Source: an uncultured beta proteobacterium
GTDB taxonomy: Bacteria > Pseudomonadota > Gammaproteobacteria > Burkholderiales > Burkholderiaceae_F
DNA: 64,000 bases
Assembly (NCBI GenBank): GCA_963780715.1
Contig: CAWADK010000002.1
Span: forward strand, 21,150 to 85,149
Direction of reading: 5' to 3'
Below, piece by piece: positions 44,447 through 58,173 of this stretch. The notes beneath the pieces are model-generated. The model worked only from the letters and a program-made list of their open reading frames with translations. It was not told where the DNA came from and did no database searches. The position numbers and the translations under genes are program-made. Position 1 is the stretch's first letter; each line of letters starts with the position of its first letter.

Positions 44447-44823
44447 GTACGCAACGCGCTACGCGCGTTGCACGTGCACCCTTGGCGGCACGCGCACTGC
44501 GTGCACGCTCAAGACTGATCAGTCGGCTGTGCTCCGGAGCGGCCGCGCGCTCCGCCGACTCACAACTGCACGGCACTCTCCCTGACCCTCTCGCCGTGCG
44601 AGAGGGATTGGGGCACTCCTCCCTGCACCCTCCTCGCTTGGCGAGGAGGGAAAGAAATTTCTGGCACTGCGGGGTGCGTCGCGGGATGGAGTGCCCGCCC
44701 TTGTACTTCGGCGGAGCTCGCGGCCGCTCCGGAGCGCAGCCGACTAACTGGTCCTGAGCGGTTCGCGCAACGCGCGAACCGTGCCGCCGCGAGCGCACGT
44801 GCGACCGCGCAGCGGTCGCGTAC
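44447..44823. repeat. large nested imperfect palindrome (REP/MITE-like) filling a convergent intergenic region
   Basis: Core 37-nt arms at 44521-44557 and 44709-44745 are complementary at 35/37 positions. The outer arms still align (GTACGC...GCACGTGC...GGCGGCACG...CGCTCA). Internal hairpins lie at 44586-44606 and 44628-44650, with GAAATTTC at 44654-44661. Confidence 0.7.
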
Positions 44824-44838
44824 GCGAGCGGCGCTTGA

Positions 44839-49752
<4,914 letters not shown>

Positions 49753-49753
<1 letters not shown>

Positions 49754-50247
49754 TGCGGCGCCGCCTGCTGCTCGCTCTTGCGGGCGCGCCCGTCCTGGCG
49801 GCCTGCGGTTTCAAGCTGCGCGGCTCGCAGACGCTTCCCATCGAGAAGATCTACCTTGCCTTGCCGGTCAACTCCCCGATGGGCGCCGAGATGTCGCGGC
49901 TGCTGCGCTCCTCGACCAATGCCCAGGTCGTCACCGACCGCAACGAAGCGCAGGCCGTCTTCGAGCTGCTGAGCGAGAGTCGCGAGCGCGAAGTGCTGGC
50001 GATCAACGCCCAGGGCCGCGCGACGGAGTACCAGTTGCGCCTGCGCGTGCGCTTCCGGGTGACCGACAAGAACGCGGGCGAACTGCTGGGGCCAACGGAC
50101 CTCATCGCGCGGCGGGACATCACCTTCAATGAATCCGACCTGCTCGCCAAGGAATCGGAGGAGAGCCTGCTTTATCGCGACATGCAGAGCGATCTGGTGC
50201 GGCAGATGGTGAACCGGCTTGCCGCGGTTCGACCCGAGGCCGGCTGA
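49753..50247 (+). CDS. lptE: LPS-assembly lipoprotein LptE
   Basis: 164 aa with lipobox LAAC|GFKLRG. Position after leuS is conserved; ATGA-type overlap with the leuS stop. Confidence 0.85.
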
Positions 50248-50301
50248 AGTGAATCCCAGGCTCACTGCGTACGCTGGATCACGACGGAGCTCTCAGTCGG
50301 C

Positions 50302-51408
50302 TTGGGAGCGGCCCGGCGCCATGAATTGACCCCCACGCTCGCCAGGCTGATCAAGGCCGAGGGCCTGCGGGCCAGCCCGCGCAGGTGCGCTGAGGCGGCC
50401 GACTGCCTGCAGTCTGGCGCGTGCCGAGCGGAGCGTCGCATGCCAGCGCTCATCACGGTCGCCAGCGACGAGGCGCTGCTCGCGCAGGAGGCACAGGATG
50501 CGATCCGCGCGACGGCGCGCACGGTCGGCTACAGCGAGCGCGAAGTGCTGCAGGCCGATGCCCGCTTCGACTGGTCGCGGCTGGCACAAGCCACACAGGG
50601 ACTGTCGCTCTTTGCCGAGCGCCGCATCGTCGATCTGCGCCTGCCGACCGGCAAGCCCGGCCTCGCCGGTGCGGCAGCCCTCGAGGCGCTCGCACAGAAT
50701 CTCGCCGACGACACGCTGATGATGATTGCGCTGCCGCGCCTGGACCGCAGGGCGCGCGAGACGCGCTGGGTGAGTGCGCTGGAACGGGCGGGCATACTGC
50801 TCGAGCTTGACTCCGTGGACCGTGCGCGGTTGCCGCGCTGGATCGGCGAGCGACTCGCCCGCCAGCAGCAGTCGGCCGCTGAAGATGCGCTGGTGTTCAT
50901 CGCCGAGCGCGTGGAAGGCAACCTGCTGGCAGCCCACCAGGAGATCGCCAAGCTCGGGCTGCTCTATCCGGCCGGTGAGCTGACGCTGGCGCAGGTGGCC
51001 GACAGCGTGCTGAACGTGGCGCGCTTCGACGTCTTTCAGTTGCCATTGGCCATGCTGGCCGGCGACGCGCCACGCGTCCAGAAGACGATGGCCGGCCTGC
51101 GTGCCGAGGGCGAGGCGATTCCGCTCGTGCTGTGGGCGATCACCGAAGAGCTGCGCATGCTGATCCGGGTGAAGTCACAGGTCGATGCGGGACGCCCTTT
51201 TGCGATGGCCGCCCGCGAGAACCGCCTCTGGGGGCCACGCGAAAGGCTGGTCGAACGCGCGCTCGGACGCATCGATGTCGGCCGCCTTGGACGGGCGGTC
51301 GCGCGAGCCGCCACGGTCGACCGCCTTGCCAAGGGGCTGCGCGCCCCGCGTGCCGACAGCGACCCGTGGCTAGAATTGACCGATCTTGCACTCGAACTGG
51401 CGCACTGA
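50302..51408 (+). CDS. holA: DNA polymerase III delta subunit
   Basis: The conserved part starts around ...[26 protein letters not shown]... and includes ...[19 protein letters not shown]... The first ~45 codons are Arg/Cys-rich, so the real start is uncertain. Confidence 0.8.
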   Translation: MGAARRHELTPTLARLIKAEGLRASPRRCAEAADCLQSGACRAERRMPALITVASDEALLAQEAQDAIRATARTVGYSEREVLQADARFDWSRLAQATQGLSLFAERRIVDLRLPTGKPGLAGAAALEALAQNLADDTLMMIALPRLDRRARETRWVSALERAGILLELDSVDRARLPRWIGERLARQQQSAAEDALVFIAERVEGNLLAAHQEIAKLGLLYPAGELTLAQVADSVLNVARFDVFQLPLAMLAGDAPRVQKTMAGLRAEGEAIPLVLWAITEELRMLIRVKSQVDAGRPFAMAARENRLWGPRERLVERALGRIDVGRLGRAVARAATVDRLAKGLRAPRADSDPWLELTDLALELAH

Positions 51409-51424
51409 TCGGTCGCCTGCCACC

Positions 51425-52759
51425 ATGGCCGTGAACGCCCCCAACGACACTTCGCCCGGTCCACGCGACCGCGTGGCAGCCGAGTTCGCCGGCGACCTTG
51501 GCGCCTATATGCGGCAGGTCGGTCGCACGGCGCGCGAAGTCTCGGCAGCGATGGCGGTGTCCAGCACGGCCCAGCGCAACGGTGCGCTCACCGACCTCGC
51601 GCATCGCCTGCGCGCCGGGCTCGACGAACTGCTCGCCGCCAACGGGCGCGACGTCGCGCGAGCCCGCGGCCATGGGCTCGCGGCCGCCATGATCGATCGC
51701 CTGACGATGAGCGCGAAGTCGGTCGAGCAGATGGCCGCCGGCGTGGAGCAGGTCGCCCAATTGCCCGATCCGATCGGCGAAATCATCGACGTCCGCCCGC
51801 AGCCCAGCGGCATCCATGTGGGCCGCATGCGCGTGCCGCTGGGTGTGATCGGCATCATCTACGAGAGTCGGCCCAACGTGACGGTCGACGCCGCGACGCT
51901 GTGCCTCAAGAGCGGCAACGCGACGATCCTGCGCGGCGGTTCGGAAGCGATCGAGAGCAATCGCCTGCTGGCGCGGCTGATCGGCGAAGCGCTCGCCGCC
52001 GCCGGCCTGCCCGCCGCGGCGGTGCAGCTGATCGACACCACCGACCGCGCCGCCGTCGGGCTGTTGGTCACGATGCCGGAGAACGTCGACATCATCGTCC
52101 CGCGCGGCGGCAAGGGCCTGATCGAGCGCCTGATGCTCGAGAGCAAGGTGCCGATGATCAAGCACCTCGACGGTATCTGCCACGTTTACATCGACGCTGC
52201 GGCCGACCCGACGATGGCGGTTCGCATCGCCGACAACGCCAAGACGCAGCGCTACGGCACCTGCAACACGATGGAGACGCTGCTGGTGGCAGAGGCGATC
52301 GCGTCGCGGGTGCTGCCGGAACTCGGCCGGATCTATGCCGACAAGGGTGTCGAGCTGAGAGGTGACGCGGCCAGCCGCGCGGCTCTGCACAGTGCAGGCC
52401 TGGAGTGCAGCGAAGCCACCGAGGACGACTGGCTCACCGAGTACCTGGCCCCGATCCTTTCGATCCGCGTCGTCGCCGGACTCGACGCGGCGATCGCGCA
52501 CATCAATCGCTACGGCAGCAAGCACACCGATGCGATCGTCACGGACGACTACGGCGCCGCCATGCGCTTCCTGCGTGAAGTGGACTCGGCCTCGGTCATG
52601 GTCAACGCGTCGACCCGCTTCGCCGATGGCTTCGAGTACGGGCTGGGCGCGGAGATCGGCATCAGCAACGACAAGCTGCATGCCCGCGGGCCGGTCGGGC
52701 TCGAAGGCCTGACATCACTGAAGTATGTCGTCTTCGGCCACGGCGAAGTACGCGCCTGA
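51425..52759 (+). CDS. proA: glutamate-5-semialdehyde dehydrogenase
   Basis: Start at [10 protein letters not shown] (residue 14 of ORF 51386..52759). Contains [13 protein letters not shown]..., catalytic Cys in [14 protein letters not shown], and C-terminal ...[15 protein letters not shown]. Confidence 0.9.
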   Translation: MAVNAPNDTSPGPRDRVAAEFAGDLGAYMRQVGRTAREVSAAMAVSSTAQRNGALTDLAHRLRAGLDELLAANGRDVARARGHGLAAAMIDRLTMSAKSVEQMAAGVEQVAQLPDPIGEIIDVRPQPSGIHVGRMRVPLGVIGIIYESRPNVTVDAATLCLKSGNATILRGGSEAIESNRLLARLIGEALAAAGLPAAAVQLIDTTDRAAVGLLVTMPENVDIIVPRGGKGLIERLMLESKVPMIKHLDGICHVYIDAAADPTMAVRIADNAKTQRYGTCNTMETLLVAEAIASRVLPELGRIYADKGVELRGDAASRAALHSAGLECSEATEDDWLTEYLAPILSIRVVAGLDAAIAHINRYGSKHTDAIVTDDYGAAMRFLREVDSASVMVNASTRFADGFEYGLGAEIGISNDKLHARGPVGLEGLTSLKYVVFGHGEVRA

Positions 52760-53112
52760 TCGCCGCGCTGTGCTCGCGTCGCGGGCCGCTTGCGGCACTG
52801 GCCACCGGCTTGCAATGCCGGGCGAATCACCGCCTCTTATGTTTTTCCAGCACCGGGCTTACCCGCGATCGGGGCCGGGCAGATGTTGTGGCATGGCGAC
52901 GGAGTGGGCCCGAATGCGGGCGGATGAGGTCCCGGCCGGTTCGGCTGCTTGGCGTTGTGGTCCAGCGCGCCTACTGTGCCATGCTGTACCTGCGCATCGC
53001 GGGCAGCGCAACACGCGTTTGCATGCCCGGTTCCGCGGTTGCAATGAAAATCCGGCGCTGATGTCGAACGCGAACGCTGCACCCGTGTCCGACCAGCCCT
53101 ACTGAGCGAGCC

Positions 53113-53718
53113 ATGCCTGCCACCGTCGACTACTACATGAACCCCGTGTCCCCGTTCACCTACATGGGGCACGACCGGTTCCGCCAGATCTGCCGCCAGC
53201 ACGGCGCGCAGATCAACCTGCGCGTGATGGACCTGGGCAAGGTGTTTCCCGTGTCCGGAGGCCTGCCACTGAAGGACCGACCGCCCCAACGCCGCGCCTA
53301 CCGGATGACCGAGCTCAAGCGCTGGCGTGAGTATCTCGGCATCCCGCTCAATCTGGAACCGAAGTTCTTCCCGGTGCCGTCGGAGCCCGCAGCCACGTTG
53401 ATCCTGTCGGTGCTCGCTCGCCTCGGGGTCGAGCCGGCACTTGACATTGCCGGCGACTGCCTGCGCGCCGTGTGGGCGGAGGACCGCGACATTTCCGCGC
53501 CGGCCACGCTGCGCGAATTGCTCGCGGCCCGCTCGCTCGATGTCGAGGCGCTGATGACGCACGCGGCCTCGGCCGAAGTCGCAGCGCTCTACATCATGCA
53601 CTCGCAGGAGGCGATTTCCCGCGGGGTCTTCGGCGCACCCACCTACGTCCTGAACGACGAACTGTTCTGGGGCCAGGATCGTCTCGACTTCCTCGACCGG
53701 GCGCTCGCCCGCGCCTGA
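53113..53718 (+). CDS. 2-hydroxychromene-2-carboxylate isomerase-family (DsbA-like) protein
   Basis: 201 aa with ...VDYYMNPVSPFTYMG... and the C-terminal GVFGAPTYVLNDELFWGQDRLDFL signature of the HCCA isomerase/DsbA-like family. Confidence 0.8.
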   Translation: MPATVDYYMNPVSPFTYMGHDRFRQICRQHGAQINLRVMDLGKVFPVSGGLPLKDRPPQRRAYRMTELKRWREYLGIPLNLEPKFFPVPSEPAATLILSVLARLGVEPALDIAGDCLRAVWAEDRDISAPATLRELLAARSLDVEALMTHAASAEVAALYIMHSQEAISRGVFGAPTYVLNDELFWGQDRLDFLDRALARA

Positions 53719-53760
53719 CGCGCGGCCGGGTCATACCCGCCGACCCGACCTCCGCCGCAC

Positions 53761-54960
53761 ATGACTTCGCGCCTGCAGCCCTATTTCGCGGTTTGCCCCG
53801 GCGGGCTCGAAGCGGCGCTGGCCGATGAACTGGACGCACTCGGCGCCCGCGAAGTCCGCGAGGAAGGCGGTGGCGTGGCCTTCAGCGGGTCGCGCGAGCT
53901 CGGTTACGCCGTCAACCTGCACTCCCGTATCGCCAGCCGCGTCCTGTGGCAGGTCGGTCGCCGCGGATACACCAACGAGCAGCACCTGTACGACGCCACG
54001 CAGGAAGTGCGCTGGCAGGACCTGATGTCGGCGCAGCAGACGCTGCGCGTCGACGTGACCGCCTCGCGCTCGCCACTGAAGAGCCTGGAGTTCGCGATGC
54101 TGCGGATCAAGGACGGCATCGTCGACCGGCTCCGCACGCTGAGCGGCGCGCGCCCGTCGATCGACCGGCAGGACCCGGACGTGCGTGTGTTCGCCTACCT
54201 CGACGGGCGCACGGTGACGCTCTATGTCGATCTCTCCGGCGAGCCGCTCTTCAAGCGCGGCTGGCGCGCCGACAAGGGCGAAGCGCCGCTGAAGGAGAAC
54301 CTCGCGGCGGGATTGCTCGCGCTCGCCGGCTGGACACCGGCGGTGCCCCTGCTCGACCCCTTCTGCGGCAGCGGCACGATCGCAATCGAAGCGGCCACGA
54401 TCGCGACCCGGCGCGCACCCGGACTGAATCGCTCGTTTGCATTCGAGCGCCTGGCCAACTTCGACCGCGCCGCGTGGCGTCGCCTGAAGGACCGTGCCAT
54501 GGCGGCCGTCGACGACACCGCGACAGCGCTGATCGTCGGCTCCGACATCTCGACGCGCGTCGTCGAGCAGGCGCGCACCAACGCTGGCCTCGCCGGTCTC
54601 GATGCCCTGTTGAGCGACGGCCGTCTGCGGCTGGAAGCGGGCGACGCCCGCACCGTGGAAGCACCGGCCGAGCACGGCATGATCATCTCCAATCCCCCGT
54701 ACGGCGAACAGAGCGCCCCGCGTTCGTCCACCGTGCCAAAGATGATGGGCGAAGTCGGCGACCGGCTGAAAGCAGCCTTCCCCGGCTGGCACGCCTGGTT
54801 CCTGACCTCCGACCGCCAGCTGCCGCGCCAGATGCGCCTGTCAGAAACCCGCAAGCCGGTGCTCTACAACGGGGCGCTGGAGTGCCGGTTCTTCCGGTTC
54901 GAGCTGGTGGGGGGGCGGTACCGGCCGCGCGGCGCGCAACCACCCATAGCCTCCGACTGA
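53761..54960 (+). CDS. THUMP-domain class I SAM-dependent RNA methyltransferase
   Basis: 399 aa with an N-terminal THUMP-like part, SAM motif LDPFCGSGTIAIEA and catalytic NPPYG. Confidence 0.85.
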   Translation: MTSRLQPYFAVCPGGLEAALADELDALGAREVREEGGGVAFSGSRELGYAVNLHSRIASRVLWQVGRRGYTNEQHLYDATQEVRWQDLMSAQQTLRVDVTASRSPLKSLEFAMLRIKDGIVDRLRTLSGARPSIDRQDPDVRVFAYLDGRTVTLYVDLSGEPLFKRGWRADKGEAPLKENLAAGLLALAGWTPAVPLLDPFCGSGTIAIEAATIATRRAPGLNRSFAFERLANFDRAAWRRLKDRAMAAVDDTATALIVGSDISTRVVEQARTNAGLAGLDALLSDGRLRLEAGDARTVEAPAEHGMIISNPPYGEQSAPRSSTVPKMMGEVGDRLKAAFPGWHAWFLTSDRQLPRQMRLSETRKPVLYNGALECRFFRFELVGGRYRPRGAQPPIASD

Positions 54961-55213
54961 AGTCGGCAGTGCGCGTCTACCGAAGTTCCCATACACGTCT
55001 TGTGTGAATTTGCCGGCGGTGCAATGCTGCGTATGCAGTCGGCGTTTGCGAATATCCACTATCGGCAGTGCTCCGAGCGAGACTGAGAATCGAAGATCTG
55101 ACTTCGTCGGGGGAATGCCGTGCTGCTGGCGACATTGCCGGTCACGACCGAGGGATCGGCCCTCGAGGACCGACGTCTCGGCTGAAACTCGAACCGGCGA
55201 GAGTCCGAATGTG

Positions 55214-57011
55214 ATGACGGGGAAGATTGCTGCCCCCAGTTCAGGCTTGAGTTGCCGAGTCGTGCACGCAGCCGTGCTGGTCGTCGATCTCGTCGAGTCG
55301 GTCCGACTCATGGGACTGACGAGTGAGACACGGTGTCAGCGCTGGCAGCACGTTTGTCGAATCACGTCCAGCATGAGGTTCTTCCCGGACCGCCGGGCGC
55401 CTCGTGAAGAGCCTCGGGGACGGGCTGATGGTCGAGTTTGCAAAGGCGCCGCAGGCGGTCCAGGCGGCGGCCTCGATGCACAACTGGATGTCGCAGCACT
55501 GCGAACCGTTGTCTGACGGCAGCAGAATGGCGCTGCGCGCGGGAATCCATGCTTCCAAGATCTTCGACGCTAAACACGACATTCTCGGAGTCGGAGTCAA
55601 TCTCGCTGCGCGGGTCGCGACCCTTGCCGAGGGGGGAGAAACCGTTGCCACGGTCGATGCCCGCGATCTACTGAGCGACTCGCTTGACGCCGATGTCGAA
55701 GACCTGGGCGAATGTCACCTCAAGCACGTTGATCACACGGTAAGGGTCTATCGACTCGGGCCAGCGCAGCAGCGGGAGAGCCTTCCGCCTCGGGAGAGCT
55801 ATTCGACCGAGATTTGCGTTCCGCTGGCTGTCATTCCTTTCTCCGACCGGCTCTCGGTGGATGCCACTGGCGGCATGGGAGACATCATTGCCGACGGCAT
55901 CATCGGCCAGCTTTCCCAATCGCCGGGTCTCCATGTCGTTTCCCGACTCTCCACCGCGTGCCTGAGAGACAGAAACCTTCCGTTGAGCGAAATCGCGACG
56001 CGTCTCGGTGTCCGTTACGTTGTGTCCGGCACCTTCACGCTCGTTGGGGGACAACTTTCGATCGCTTCCGAGCTCTGTGACACGAGCAGCGGGCATGTCG
56101 TTTGGTCGGGCAGGACGGGAGGCGACTGGAGGGATCTGCTTTCGGTCGACAGCCAGCTTGTGCACGAGATTGCCGACACGATACATCGCAAGGTTCTTGA
56201 GACTGCCGCTTCGAGGGCGGTGGTCCGCCCGCTACCAACCCTGGAAAGCTACGAACTCTTTCTCGGCGGTATCGCCATGATGCATCGCGCCAGCCGGGAT
56301 GAGTTCGAGATGAGTCGGAGACTGCTGGAGTCTTTGACGGAACGCCACAGGCGCATCGCCCTTCCCTATGCGTGGTTAGGCAAGTGGTACGTACTTCAGT
56401 CAATTCAAGGTGCAGCCGCCAGCACGCCCCACGCTGCATCTCTGGCTCTCGAGCGGACTGGACGGGCACTCGATCTCGAGCCTTCCAGCGCGCTGGCGCT
56501 CGCCATTGAAGGATTCGTCTACTGTCACCTCAAGAAGGATCTCGATACTGCAGACCTTCGACTTCGCGAGGCATGCAGCTTGAATCCGAGTGAAGGATTT
56601 GCGTGGCTGTTTCTCGCAGTCCAGCTGGCCTTCAAAGGCGAGTCAAGTGAAGCCCTGGAAGCCGCGCAAAGGGCACTGTCCCTCTCGCCTCTGGATCCCC
56701 TGCGTTACTACTACGAGTCGCTGATGGGGTCTTGCGAATTCAGCGCCGGCCACTATGAAGAGGCAATTCGCTGGTGCGAAGCCTCGCGCCGGCGCAATCG
56801 ACAGCACTTGTCGACTTTGCGGGTGCTGATTGCTGCAAACGTCGCCCTGGGCCGTGAAGAGCAGGCTCGACGCGTAGCTTCGGACTTGACGAGGTTGCGC
56901 CCGGACTACAGCGTCGCTGCGTACGAGGCGCACTCTGTGGCAGCGCTATATCCGTTTGGAAAGCAGATTGCGAGCGCAATGCGGGAGGCCGGTATCCCGA
57001 CGATTCGTTGA
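55214..57011 (+). CDS. class III adenylate/guanylate cyclase fused to TolB-N-like and TPR domains; two frame breaks near the 5' end
   Basis: MTGKIAAPSSGLSCRVVHAAVLVVDLVESVRLMG (ORF 55004..55516) contains the first metal Asp. The sequence passes through a third frame (VSNHVQHEVLPG) into ORF 55404..57011. That ORF carries KSLGDGLMVEF, RAGIHASKIF and GVGVNLAARV, then LAVIPFSD...GVRYVVSGT and TPR repeats. Confidence 0.8.
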
Positions 57012-57060
57012 AGCGGAAAGTAAATAGCCGGAACAACGATTACCAAGCGCGGAGGACGAG

Positions 57061-58173
57061 ATGGCGGCACTGGGAGGTTCTGCACTAGGCGGTTCGACGT
57101 TGGGCGGATCCGGGGGATCGGGGGGATCCGGTGGTTCGGGCGGATCCGGTGGGTCCGGAGGATCGGGCGGGTCCGGCACGTTGATGGACGAGTGGGCCAA
57201 CCCGATGGTTGTCAGCGCGCTGTGGTCCAGTCGCGACGGCACCATGGACCGCAACGACCACGAGAGTTTCCTCAAGGGCGGAGGCCAGCCGCCTACTCTC
57301 GATAGCGCTCTGGCGCTCAAGCGCTGGGACCCGTGGGTGAGGATCAATCTGGGCGTTACTGAACTTACTCGGCTCATTGACTACCAAGCCATTGCGCCAG
57401 ATACCTTTGCTGTACTGAATCGAAGCGGCCCGCAGAACCTCGTCAAGATAACAAGACCGGGCATCACATTCTTCGAGAAGCAACTGCCGTTCGTGCAAAG
57501 TTGGGCCGAGTTACGCGATGAGCGTGCGCTCGAAATCCTCGCGCAGATCGACAACCAGTTCGCATTCATCGCGTCGGTCACGGGCCTGAACGTGAGCCGG
57601 AAACGCTGGACCATGGAGTGGCTGACCATCGTCATCCAGTTCGCGATTGCGGTGGAGTCGCGAATCAAGCATGCGTTCGCGTGCTATCGACCCGTGGACT
57701 TGTCACCGCAGGTTCAGCCCATCATCACGACCCCGGGTCATAGCAGCTACCCAATGGGACATGCTGCACAGGCCTTCGCAACGATGGTTGCGCTATGCGG
57801 GCTACTGAAGATCAAGAGCGGATCAAAGGTATACACGCAGCTCTATCGGCAGGCCAGGCGCATCAGTGTCAACCGCACCGTCGCCGGGGTGCACTTCCCG
57901 ATCGACGCGGCCGCAGGACAAGCGCTGGGATACTCGCTGGGTGAGTTCGTCCTTTGTGCCAGTTCAGTAAAGGATGGCACCGTCAATCCTAAGTGTTTCG
58001 ATAGAACATTCGTACCCGTCGGCAACGGAGACGACCCGGCGAATGACTACATGGGCGAAGGACCAGAAAAGCCTCACGGCTGCACAACGGGTACGACGCC
58101 GTTGCCTGTCACGAAGTCTGACATTCTGGAGAAGCTGGCAGCGCTGGCGCGAGAAGAATGGGATCTGCCGTGA
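57061..58173 (+). CDS. soluble PAP2 / vanadium-haloperoxidase-superfamily protein with N-terminal Gly-Ser tail
   Basis: 370 aa with GGAGGA 6 nt upstream of the ATG. Motifs are K203-x6-RP (KHAFACYRP), PMGH (231-234) and R272-x5-H-x3-D (RTVAGVHFPID). There is no signal peptide and no set of TM helices. Confidence 0.7.
   Translation: MAALGGSALGGSTLGGSGGSGGSGGSGGSGGSGGSGGSGTLMDEWANPMVVSALWSSRDGTMDRNDHESFLKGGGQPPTLDSALALKRWDPWVRINLGVTELTRLIDYQAIAPDTFAVLNRSGPQNLVKITRPGITFFEKQLPFVQSWAELRDERALEILAQIDNQFAFIASVTGLNVSRKRWTMEWLTIVIQFAIAVESRIKHAFACYRPVDLSPQVQPIITTPGHSSYPMGHAAQAFATMVALCGLLKIKSGSKVYTQLYRQARRISVNRTVAGVHFPIDAAAGQALGYSLGEFVLCASSVKDGTVNPKCFDRTFVPVGNGDDPANDYMGEGPEKPHGCTTGTTPLPVTKSDILEKLAALAREEWDLP
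57073..57177 (+). repeat. coding (GGS)n low-complexity tract: GGSALGGSTLGG + (SGG)8
   Basis: 9-nt/3-codon periodicity. Codons vary synonymously (GGC/GGA/GGG/GGT and TCC/TCG), so the repeat is kept at peptide level rather than as a perfect DNA microsatellite. Confidence 0.9.

Noticed and set aside
52760-53112. 353-nt gap after proA containing ORFs 52725..53105, 52810..53061 and 52859..53044.
   Set aside because: The translations are not protein-like. I could not recognise any RNA motif, promoter or terminator, so the gap is left unannotated.
57073-57177. The periodic 9-nt repeat as a possible CRISPR-like or phase-variable microsatellite.
   Set aside because: The period is far too short and there are no spacers, so it is not a CRISPR array. 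The units are not identical at DNA level, so slippage-based phase variation is unlikely. No CRISPR array was seen anywhere in the window.
56946-57377. Minus-strand ORF with a (PDP)n/(PPD)n repeat.
   Set aside because: It is the mirror image of the plus-strand (GGS)n tract. The plus-strand ORF has an RBS, conserved PAP2 motifs and operon context.
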